From positions 404,050 through 461,688 of the forward strand of contig NC_068997.1 of assembly GCF_001194135.2 (NCBI RefSeq): a stretch of DNA of 57,639 nt. The letters run 5' to 3'. Positions 49,033 through 57,639 of the stretch are shown here, one piece after another. The notes beneath the pieces were generated by a model. That model was not told the DNA's origin. It did not search any database and saw only the letters and a list, made by a program, of their open reading frames with translations. Position numbers and translations under genes: made by a program. Each line of letters opens with the position of its first letter. Positions within the stretch are counted from its first letter, which is position 1. Source of the stretch: Octopus bimaculoides. Lineage: Eukaryota.

Positions 49033-52000
49033 GGCAATACACTTTGATTATGTGACTTTGAGATGAAAGAAAATTTTTCTTTTCCCAATTCTTTTTTCAG
49101 ATCCTATAAGTGTGTTAAAAAAGCTGACATCCGATCTAATAATGCCATCTCTTTTCCTTCTTTATCTTTCAGCCATCAACAGGACTTGTAGACTATGACA
49201 AACTCCACGAACATGCCAAACTATTCCGACCGCGTCTCATTATAGCTGGGACATCTGCTTACTCTCGTCTATTGGATTACAAGCGTTTCAGAGAGGTCAG
49301 ACATTTTCACTTTTAAATTTCTTGACATTTCATATTTTTCCAAAGTTTGTGTCCCCACCTCCCCTTGCTTCCTGTCCTCATCTTCTTCCTGCTCTCTTTC
49401 CTTTTTCCCTTTATTCTCATCCTCTTTCTCTTTATCCTCTTCTCTTCCCTCATCCCCTTCATCTCCTTTCCCTCCTTCCTGTTCCCCTCCCCTTCCTTTA
49501 CCTTCATAACTCCCTTTCTTTCCTCTACCTCCCTGTCCCCTTCCCTTTACCTTTCTGCCCCCTTTCATTCCTCTCCCCTTTCCTTCTATTTTCCTCTCCC
49601 CTCCCCTTCCTATCCTTCATCTCCCCTCCCCTTCTTATCCTTCCTCTACCTTCTCCACCCCTCTCCTTCCGCTCCCCTCCCCTTTCTCTCCTCCACCTTC
49701 CTCTCCCCTTCCTTTGCATCCACTTCCTCTACCTCTTCATCTTCCCTCCCCCTTTCCCAGCCCTCCTCCCTCTCCCCCTTCCCATCTTCACTTTCTCAGT
49801 ACCAAACCTTTCCTCTTGTAGATATGTGATGACGTTAATGCCTTGCTACTGGCTGACATGGCCCACATCTCTGGCCTGGTGGCGGCTGCAGTGATTCCCA
49901 GCCCGTTTGAATCTGCTGACCTCATATCAACCACAACACACAAATCACTGCGAGGACCAAGGTAAGCAGTGCCCTTACAGGATTTCCTTTTATTACTGAT
50001 ATCAACATCATTAGCATCATTATCATCATCATCATTAACATTAACCATTGTCATTACCACCACCACCACCTCCTTCTCTCCATGACTGTCACCACTGATA
50101 TCACTACAATCCTGACTGCCATTAATATCCAAGGGAAATTTCTATGCAGTAAACAGAAATAACAGCCAAATCTCCCTCAATTGCACATTACCATCTTCAA
50201 TGCAAATCCTTTCTAGTATAGGCAAAAGACCTGAAGTTTTGGGGGAAGGGCTCGTCGATTTCAGTCGCAGAGCTTGGGTGGTACTTATTTTATCAACCCC
50301 CATAAGGATGAAAGCCAAAGATGACTTTGGCAGAATTTGAACTTAGAATGTAAGGACAGACAAAATGTTGCTAACGCTTGCTACCTTACCATCCTCAATA
50401 ACAAGTTGTATTATGTAATCTCTTTTGCACAAAAAGACTGGAAGGTCATAATTGGACTGCCTTTAATGAAAGGTCTTCTTGATCAAGAATGACCGAGAGG
50501 TAAACGACGACAGCACGACTCTCATCACCCTTGTCTGCTCCAGCATTGTCGTAATCGTCACTTTGTTCTCAGCTACATGATACAGTGATAACTAACATTT
50601 GAACACATGACCTAAGCGTCATCGTCCAGTACCTTAATCATATAGCTCTTGTGTTTATAGTAAGGTTTGTGAACACATGACCACGTAATCCTAGATACCT
50701 CTAAAAAGACAAGATGGTCATGGTTGGAATAGATCTGCTTAATCAGAACTGACCTAGAGCACTAAATAACAACAAATTTAGATTAAAATACCAGTGTGTA
50801 AAACGTAATATACACAAATATGGAATAGCACTGGCTATAATATAATGTTTCATAAAAACTTCTCAGAGACTTTTGCAGTAAGAAAATGACAGAACTTACT
50901 CAGAATGTTGTTAGTGGATTGTTAGACACTGCATTTTCACATACAAATCTCTTTGAGAAGTGAAACAAAATATTACAGATAATGCCTTTCCATGTTATAT
51001 ATCATCTTGATACTGTGTAGACTGTGCTCCCTGTTGACAGGACTTTGATATCAAACAGTGTTGAGCACTTATCATATGCAAATCAGTGGCTCTAATTCTC
51101 TGAAGCTGGTGGATTTGATATATACAAACAGATTGGCTACTCATTTCCTTGGGATTGGTTTCTAATGTAGGCACCTGATGAGAACGCAATAAGATTTCAA
51201 ATTCTATTCTGGCTGTTCATTATTTTGTTCAACCTAAAGAAAAATCAGTATAATTTGACATGTTTCTATATCTACTCTGATGGTTTATGTGTGCGTTACG
51301 TTATTATATCTATAGATCTCAGCTAAATACTATGTAACTGACAGATGTATACATCTTGTCTTTATAAACTGTATCTATGGCATCATTGAAACAAAACATC
51401 ATTAAAGAACCAGTAATTTATTAAAAAGAAAAAAAAAGACAATCATCCTTTGCTTTATAATCATTGGAAAAATATTTTAACCTTTTCGATATCCTGTTTA
51501 AAACTCTCTCTGGTTCTAGGATACAAACTTCTTTTAAAGTGATTTACATTAAAGTCCTTTCATAAAAATTTCACTGTGATTTATGTTCCAAACACTAACT
51601 TAATGACTGTGCTATTCTACTAAATTCTTCATTGTTTTGAAAAGTAATTGAAACAAAGGCAGTGTATTTCAACAGAAATCATCATCATCATCATTTAACA
51701 TCCGTTTTCCATGCTGGCATGAGTTGGACGGTTTGACTGGGGACTGGCAAGCCAATAGGCTGCACCAAGCTCTAATCTGGTCTGGCAAGGTTTCTACAAT
51801 TGGATGCCCTTCCTAATGCCAACCACTCTGAGAGTGTGGTGGGTGCTTTTTACGTGCCACCGGTATGGGAGCCAGTCAGGCGGCATTGGCATTGACCACA
51901 TTTGGATGGTGCTGAAAAGAGCTAAAAGAGTAAAATGAAATGAATTCTTTGGAATTTTGTTGAAGCTTTTTTTTACTTTTGTAAATTTTCCATAATTTGT

Positions 52001-55000
52001 TGTTTTGCTTTGTACTATCTGCAGGTCTGGAATGATTTTTTATCGTAAAGGTGTGAAATCTGTGAATAAAAAAACTGGAGAAATTAAGATGTATGATTTA
52101 GAGGCAAAGGTAAACAATGCTGTATTTCCTGCTTTACAAGGTGGCCCTCATCAGAACCAAATTGGAGCATTGGCAGTTGCACTCAAACAGGTGATGAACA
52201 AATTCTAACTTGTTTTTTGGTTATATGTGTCATTGTTTTGGAAAAGTATATTATTTCATGTTGATGTGGAATTATTTTAACCCTTTAGTATTCAGATTAT
52301 TTTGTCAAAAGTAATGCCTATTCAAATTGTTTTGAATTACCCATGCATTATCTTATAGCTTTGATATTTTGATGATGTGATTGTTTACTTCTACAATGAC
52401 ATTATAGGACAGGTGTAAGAGACCAGATCTGGCTGGTTTGAACATAAAACAGAATACTTAGGCCAGGTATAATTGTTAGCTTCCATTACATGGTTCTCCA
52501 AGACTTGGGTGTTCTCCTTGCCTCTACACCCCTTCAGGACTTGATTCCACTTGGTATGAAACCGAGCTGGCTCTATATCTTTGTAATATAGCTGTGTGTG
52601 TGTGTGTGTGTGTGTGTTGAAGCAGTGGTGGTGTTTCTTGTGTGTAGGATGGCAAAGTGCTGAATTAGCTTTTTGGTTTTTGTGATGTTTCTTTGAGCAG
52701 AGTAAAGTTTTGTTGACTGTGTATTGGACCAGTGTGGCTCAGATGTACTTGGACAGTGTTTTTTCATGTGTGCATCCAACTCCTCATAAATTGTTGTCAT
52801 CAATATCCTAGATTACCATCATCATATGTAATTTTCTTTTTATATATTTTAACTTTCTTTTATCATTTTCAATATGTTTAAGTTAAACATATCTGCTGTC
52901 ATTACAAAGAGCACGGATATGCTAATTATTTTATAATTAATTAATCAATTATGTTTCAGGCCATGGATCCAGAATTCAAGGACTATCAAGTTCAAGTGAT
53001 GAAAAATGCCAAAACTCTTGCTAAATGTTTAAATGCAAAAGGCTACAAACTAGTCTCAGGTTTGTATTTGTTTGTTGTTGAACCTGGTTGAGTAGACCTT
53101 GGGATCAGTGACAGTCCAGCTGTGACCTGGTTTTTGTATTTTTCTAGACATGGTGTACTCTGATTATATTATCCAATATGCTCTCTCTTTGTTCTTTTCT
53201 TTATTTAAGATGGTATGGTGTGATTTGAGGGAGATTTGGCTGATATTTCTAGCAGAATGAACAAAAATGTTATTAAACATGGCTATATTGGTTTAATTGT
53301 ATGACAGGTGGGGAGTCAACCAGCTGGTTGTAGGTTCATTTCTTGACACCAGTACTGTGTTGTATTGGTGTCGGAAACACTTTATCTCTTTTCTTGGCTC
53401 ACTCTGTGTGGCTACCGTTAGAAACTGTGGAGGTTGATTTATCAGTAATAAACAGGAAAATGAAGGAAGAATTCTTGAGTTGTGGAACATGTATTTTGAG
53501 TTAAGATAAACATGGAATTACTACAGAAGAAATGCTTTTACAACCTTTCTTTATTTCAAAACCTTTTCCCAACACCAATGTACACATATGATGGATCTTG
53601 GGCTAGTTTTAACAAATGAGAGATTCAGTTCTTTGGATGGTAAGAACTATGTTTTTTGATTCATGATGTAAGGTGCCAAGTATTCTACAAAAGTCACACC
53701 TTTTAATTTAATACTTAGTGAAACACTGTGACAAGGCTGACTATTAAAATTACACCCAGTGAGTTTCAATAAACTTTCTGTATATCTAATTTCACTCACA
53801 AGGCTTAAGTCAACCCAAAGCTTTAGAAAGTACTTCCCCTGTGAACACCTGAAGGAATGGGAGAGGTGGAACAAAAAGAAAGATTCTTAACCCTTTTGCT
53901 ACCAACCTACTTGGAATACTCATTGTTCTATGATACAAATTCCTTCTTTTATTGTGATCTTAATGAAAATCTTGCATCAAATGTTCATGTTAATCTATGT
54001 TCCAAACACCAGATTAATAATGGCAAAGTTATTTTACTAAATACTTCATTATTTTCAAAATTAATTCAAACAAGAATAGTGCATTTCAACAGAAATATGG
54101 TGATAAAAGGGTTAAGATAAATAACCTTGCTTAAATTATTTCTCATGTCATTAAATAATTAGCTAATTTGTTGTTAACAGCATAACCAAATTTATGTAAT
54201 ATCTATATAGTATACATCAATCTTCTGCTGGTTTTGCATTGATAAAAGACCTTGCAGCTGCCCTCTGATCAAGTCACAATCATAAAGAGAACCGACATCA
54301 ATATGAGAAACCTGGTAAAAACAAGCAACAAATTGTAAACTCTACCATCAAATCATCTTGCTTGCTGTGGAACTGTTAAGACAAGAGTTACACAGAAGTG
54401 AAGAGGACAAATTACAAAAATGGAAAAATTTACCAGGTGCAAACATGTCATGTCTAGTGAATGCAATTTGTGTGGGTGCATGTTTCATACAAGGATTAGT
54501 CTTCTCAGTAAATACCAGTGTAACAAATGAGAGCAGAACCAAAATACTTGGAAACAAGGAATATTCTCTGTCAAAAGTGATACATCTGTATATTTGGTAA
54601 GATGGAAGAGCAGATGTTCTCTGGTGTAATTGGTATTGAGGTTGACTGGTAAGTGACACATACATGGTTCAAATCTAGCCATGAGACTTATTCTTGTCTC
54701 TCTAATTGACAATTATAATATTTAATCATATTTAATCCCTGCTTTTACAGATGGCACTGATAACCATTTAGTTTTGGTGGATATGAAGTCTAAAGGAATT
54801 GATGGCGCCAGAGCTGAGAGAATCCTAGAACTGAGTGGTATTACAACCAACAAAAATACCTGTCCAGGAGACAAGAGTGCTATGGTACCAGGAGGAATTA
54901 GATTGGGTAAAGTTTTCTTTGATTTGGACACTACAATCCCAACCTCTCCTATGTATCTTTTTTTTTTTTAATTAATGCTTTTATGGTAAAGTCACATGGC

Positions 55001-57012
55001 CTAGTGGTTAGGGTATTGCACTCATTATCCAGAAGATCATGGTTTCAATTCTTTGACTGGGCAGTGCATTGTTTACTCTACACAAAATATTTCATTTCAT
55101 GTTGATTCAGTTCACTCAGTTGTATATAAGTTCCACCAATAGTTGGAATTTAACCCTGCAACTGATTGACACCCCATTCAGAGGAAAGTGTTGTAATCTT
55201 AGTTATTTGCTATGTAAACTGGATTGACTCCCAGCCATCTGAGTCCTTGGGTTCATGACAAACCTAAGTCTATGTCTGTTTTTATGAGTTGGTCATTCAG
55301 AAGAATGAGCTCTAGTACCTTCAATTTTTGTGGGCCTCAATCTTGGACTTGTGAGATTGATGTGGTTGATGATGTCTGAACATTGCCAGAGTCAATGTTG
55401 GCAGGAGAAGGAATTTCAGAGGGTTGCTAGTGCCAGGGAAGAAAATGGGTTTAATGCAGAATATGAGGTTTTGAAACGTAGTAAGGAGGACAAGAGAAAA
55501 GGAGAGGAGTGTGTCTCTGAGGAAGGAAGAAATATGCTGGTGTCTAGTTCAGAGAAATAGTAGTTGTGATAGTGGTAGAAAGGACAAAGAGCTGAAGCAG
55601 AAAGTCTGTGATCCAGAGAAATTCTAGTTCATTGGTGATGGAGAAGAACGTTTATTTACCAATCAACTGAATTACCTTTTTGTTGTGGCCGTTTAGCCCT
55701 AGGTCATTCCTGATTGAGCCAACTTTTGATCAAAGGCATTCTAGCCATGACAATCCAATTTTTTCTGATAGGGAACCTTGGACTACATTATCCAACACGT
55801 CCTTTACTAATATAGTTGATGTGATTTAAAGGAGATTTGGCTGTTATTTCTAGCATACTGAGCAATCACATAGAAGTTAAATCATTGGCTTACTTGAATG
55901 TGATTTACAATGGTTGTATGAAGCTGTAGTCACAATATCATAGTAATGTGAGTAGTCTTCCAATGTGGTCAAGGATATCTATGTATGTAGTAGCAGTACT
56001 GTTTCCAACCATGTGAGCAGTACTTAACTGTGAGTTACCACTTAAGTATTTTCTAGCTATGAAGGAGGAGCACGGGTTTTTTTGAGGGTTGTCAGTTTTG
56101 CTGATGTTTATGCCGGTCAGGAGAGATCATCAGAAATTGTCCGTATTAGTCTTTATAGGAGCCTCAAAATCTATATTTGTGTGGTTTCTATATGTGATGT
56201 AACTTTTAATGAGTTACTGGGTCACTGTTGAGAATTGTCTTTACATTGGTTCAGTATTTGAGATGGGGAAATAACACGAAATATTGGTGTGTCACCTCAC
56301 TACTTTCAGCATTAATAGATTAACCTATCCTGATGGTGCTAGGGGACTGACAAATAATCTTATGAAAATATAATAGCACTGTTTATATAATAGAAAGAAT
56401 TTCTAGCATCTAATTTGAGATGGAATAGCAAACACCGTGTAGTGTAGCTGGTTCTATTATTGCCTGGTAAGTGATTGACAGAGGGCTAAATTTCCATCAA
56501 GTTTATTGATCTTTTTCTGTTTCAAATTAGTGATCATATTTATCTAATATCAAAATCTTAATTGTTAATTTCTAAATTATAATTATCAAATATTTGTTGA
56601 TTCGATTTGTCCCCATCTCATATAAGAACAGGTGTATAAATGACAACATTCTGTGTTCAAAGTTCAATAATGTTTACTTTGACTTTTCATTCTTTTGGGG
56701 TCATTAAACTAAAGTAACATTCAAGTATTTAGTTATAGCGCATTATGTTCTGGGTTCAAATTCTATCAAGATATTAGATTTTAGTCCTCCACTTTAATCC
56801 TCAATAAAATAATGTACTAGGGTTCATTTGATATTCTTATAAGCTACCCAAAATGTATACGGACTCACAATAGATTACCTTTTGATTTTGTAATATTTCT
56901 TCAGGAACACCAGCATTAACGTCAAGAGGATTTAAAGAAGAAGATTTTGAGTTGGTTGTTGATTTCTTTGACCAGGCCATACAGCTGGGGCAAGAAGTAA
57001 AGAAGAAGACCA
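32489..57012 (+). CDS. SHMT2: Serine hydroxymethyltransferase, mitochondrial-type (multi-exon gene, 11 coding exons in window, final exon beyond window end)
   Basis: Exons 32489-32536, 40498-40659, 42267-42346, 45534-45734, 47689-47770, 49173-49295, 49822-49961, 52025-52190, 52960-53059, 54751-54906 and 56905-57012 all have GT/AG boundaries with compatible phases and join into one frame (1366 nt). Motifs include [52 protein letters not shown], the PLP-lysine motif [23 protein letters not shown] and [12 protein letters not shown]2 rather than SHMT1 is inferred from the leader peptide and the WTGQE motif. Confidence 0.95.
33846..33936. mobile_element. 91-bp hairpin MITE (GG termini, about 9-bp TSD)
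   Basis: 25-bp TIR ggcgaaggtaaagaatacgtacacc / ggtgtacgtattctttacctccgcc with 1 mismatch. Flanks ggtccagtt and ggtccagcc match at 7 of 9 positions. Confidence 0.7.
33998..34479. mobile_element. 482-bp MITE with 8-bp TSD (Merlin/Mutator/hAT-like)
   Basis: About 37-bp TIR ggatcttttttaaaacgggggccacatttttcattaa / ttaatgaaaaatgtgacccccgttttaaaaaagatcc. TSD gtagaaag at 33990-33997 and 34480-34487. Inner inverted repeat aatttcaaccaatcactgac / gtcagtgattggttgaaatt. Confidence 0.85.
34551..34739. mobile_element. 189-bp palindromic MITE with perfect 9-bp TSD and facing CCCTAA/TTAGGG tracts
   Basis: TIR ggtactactaaagcagcacggtcccgaacgcgc / gcgcgttcgggaccgtgctgctttagtagtacc, inner arm ctagctagtcgtgagt..tcgatcctaaccctaaccct mirrored on the right. 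TSD agaaagccc at 34542-34550 and 34740-34748. Confidence 0.9.
35040..35260 (-). mobile_element. RTE LINE linker remnant
   Basis: Reverse strand reads, with frameshifts, [13 protein letters not shown]...PRVIWW...[18 protein letters not shown]. Confidence 0.55.
39700..39912 (+). mobile_element. Family-1 SINE, + copy
   Basis: gcaggcagaatcattagcatgcc...gttcaaattcc...gcctttcatc...ggccttgtgtcaaaatttgaaacc. Confidence 0.8.
39913..40136 (-). mobile_element. Family-1 SINE, - copy with 12-bp TSD
   Basis: TSD tttgaaaccatt at 39901-39912 and 40137-40148. It is inserted at the tail of the + copy. Confidence 0.8.
40498..40659 (+). CDS. SHMT2: SHMT exon 2 (QLLPPSAA...[35 protein letters not shown])
   Basis: Acceptor ctctcattgtag|, donor GAA|gtttgt, 162 nt. 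Confidence 0.9.
41340..41640 (-). mobile_element. tRNA-derived SINE family 3 with CORE/Meta-like domain
   Basis: Reverse strand gagttcgattcccggacc...gtgttcttgagcaagacactttatttca.gttgctccagttcactcagctgtagaaatgag. + copies at about 25490-25610, 40155-40300 and 54990-55200. Confidence 0.6.
41830..42097 (-). mobile_element. hAT (Charlie-like) MITE remnant
   Basis: Right end reads CAGTGGTTCTCAACCAGGGTCC on the - strand, with repeated tggacccc subterminal motifs. The other end is degenerate. Confidence 0.6.
42267..42346 (+). CDS. SHMT2: SHMT exon 3 ([27 protein letters not shown])
   Basis: tttcttctgtag| ... CG|gtgagt, 80 nt. Confidence 0.95.
42695..43230 (+). mobile_element. RTE LINE 3' end and 3'UTR
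   Basis: atgaggacagctgtctaaagaagtgc...ggtagacccaggaagacatggg..gaggtggtgaag matches the 8280-8400 copy and ends in an atgatgat tail. A - strand copy lies at about 6990-7465. Isolated 3'UTR copies lie at about 5640-5920, 9560-9780, 12010-12215, 36030-36200, 37670-37880, 41160-41330, 43500-43635 and 51680-51910. Confidence 0.7.
44340..45090 (+). mobile_element. RTE-clade LINE fragment including a Cys/His-rich insert in the RT C-terminal region
   Basis: [24 protein letters not shown]...[31 protein letters not shown]...FVCGRC...LVVDSLCYL, followed by the same [15 protein letters not shown] end as the 7.9-kb copy. Confidence 0.8.
45534..45734 (+). CDS. SHMT2: SHMT exon 4 ([23 protein letters not shown]...[14 protein letters not shown]...[11 protein letters not shown])
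   Basis: gtctttgcag| ... CA|gtatgt, 201 nt. Confidence 0.95.
47689..47770 (+). CDS. SHMT2: SHMT exon 5 ([27 protein letters not shown])
   Basis: Poly-T tract then tctttcag| ... AAT|gtgagt, 82 nt. Confidence 0.95.
49173..49295 (+). CDS. SHMT2: SHMT exon 6 ([41 protein letters not shown])
   Basis: tttatctttcag| ... GAG|gtcaga, 123 nt. Confidence 0.95.
49340..49815 (+). repeat. About 480-nt polypyrimidine low-complexity tract filling most of SHMT intron 6
   Basis: Almost only C/T (ccttc, cctctc units) up to the exon 7 acceptor. Confidence 0.85.
49822..49961 (+). CDS. SHMT2: SHMT exon 7 with PLP-binding lysine ([47 protein letters not shown])
   Basis: cctcttgtag| ... AG|gtaagc, 140 nt. Confidence 0.95.
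52025..52190 (+). CDS. SHMT2: SHMT exon 8 ([55 protein letters not shown])
   Basis: tatctgcag| ... CAG|gtgatg, 166 nt. Includes the eukaryote-type KGVKSV..KTG flap insertion. Confidence 0.95.
52279..52470. mobile_element. Second TTAACCCTTTAG-initiated MITE family fragment
   Basis: Begins ttaaccctttagtattcag and shares ccagatctggct..tttgaacataaaa..agaata with about 2910-3015 and, inverted, about 36617-36770. Confidence 0.5.
52960..53059 (+). CDS. SHMT2: SHMT exon 9 ([33 protein letters not shown])
   Basis: atgtttcag| ... G|gtttgt, 100 nt. Confidence 0.95.
53891..54111. mobile_element. piggyBac-like MITE (TTAA|CCCTTTT...AAAAGGG|TTAA)
   Basis: TTAA at 53887-53890 and 54112-54115. Related copies or fragments at about 3020-3250, 10260-10600, 38920-39475 (several), 42100-42240, 47180-47390 and 51478-51680. 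Confidence 0.75.
54290..54530 (+). mobile_element. Degenerate RTE (BovB-like) LINE 3' end
   Basis: DIN...W.K.A.N..L....AVELL...EDKLQKWK, then [17 protein letters not shown], resembling the CxxCGRxCxSRIGLxSH C-terminal motif. Confidence 0.45.
54751..54906 (+). CDS. SHMT2: SHMT exon 10 ([53 protein letters not shown])
   Basis: gcttttacag| ... G|gtaaag, 156 nt. Confidence 0.95.
55690..55875. repeat. Abundant interspersed repeat (gagatttggctgctatttctagc / gactacattatccaa family)
   Basis: Shared motifs also at about 15090-15285, 18290-18460, 23810-23935, 25270-25475, 33765-33800, 34495-34550, 36400-36600, 38120-38165 and 53095-53280. The class was not determined; it is probably a SINE. Confidence 0.65.
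56905..57012 (+). CDS. SHMT2: SHMT exon 11 ([35 protein letters not shown])
   Basis: atttcttcag| ... A|gtgagt, 108 nt. The final exon is not in the window. Confidence 0.95.
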
Positions 57013-57639
57013 GTGAGTTGGCTATGTTTTATGTTTGTGCATAGTGTATAGATATGCGTGTCTGTTTGAGATTGTACATTAAGAAGTGAATCAGTGAGTT
57101 GGCTTATATTGTATGTATATTTATAACACGTAGCTCTGTGTGATACTGTTTGGTTTGGATGTTGAGACCAGAAAGTCACTTATAAGTATGTGCGAGTGTA
57201 TATGTATTCATATTTTGAAGTTGGTCCATTTTTTTACGTGTGTATATATATTGTGTGGGTGTGGATATGCATATGTATGTGTGTGTGTCGTGTGTATCCA
57301 TATTATAAGTTGGTCCATATTTTATGAACGTGTATATAGTGTAGGTGTATGTGTATAGGTGTCTGTGCTTGACTGATAATACTAAAACCAGTAAGTTAGT
57401 TTGTAAGACAATAAACACACACACAACTATACCTTATACACATGCATACAATTTCATTTGGATGTTTTGTCCAAATGATCAAAAGCTGGTTATATCATAC
57501 ATATGTATATATATATGTGTGGATTGGGTGGTCGAGGAAACCTTCAAGAGTTCTGAATAGATAATAACTTCTCATGGGAGTTGCTGCATATAGTCTTGCT
57601 CCCATCCTATTGACAAAATTATGCTGTCCTCAAAATTTC

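Noticed and set aside
33-57560. Most ORFs in the supplied track (His/Thr, Tyr/Ile, Cys/Val, Met/Tyr/Val/Cys-rich, or X-filled)
   Set aside because: They are translations of CA, AT, TATG and CAT microsatellites, low-complexity tracts or N gaps, with no protein-family motifs.

Overview
Eukaryotic, AT-rich, repeat-dense genomic DNA with four assembly gaps. The SINE, LINE and MITE complement points to a coleoid cephalopod, most likely Octopus; this is an inference from repeat families. There are two recognisable genes, arranged head to head about 8.2 kb apart. On the + strand is a serine hydroxymethyltransferase gene (SHMT2-like, mitochondrial leader) with 11 coding exons from 32489 to 57012 in one continuous frame; its last exon lies beyond the window. 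On the - strand is the first coding exon of an alanine aminotransferase gene (GPT2-like, 24297-24061), and I could not find its exon 2 in the 24 kb downstream. The rest is transposon debris and simple repeats: several tRNA-derived SINE families, RTE-clade LINE fragments, three remnants of an RLE-type (R4/NeSL-like) non-LTR element sitting in TACA/TATG microsatellites, a Helitron helicase fragment fused to a truncated Tc1, and hAT-, piggyBac- and Merlin/Mutator-like MITEs with visible target-site duplications. I see no convincing new protein-coding system. The best leads are the divergent GPT/SHMT pair, a cluster of three hairpin MITEs carrying TTAGGG motifs in SHMT intron 1, the microsatellite-associated RLE retroelements, and several long intronic hairpins that could be ADAR or small-RNA substrates. 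All coordinates were counted by hand; repeat boundaries are approximate.
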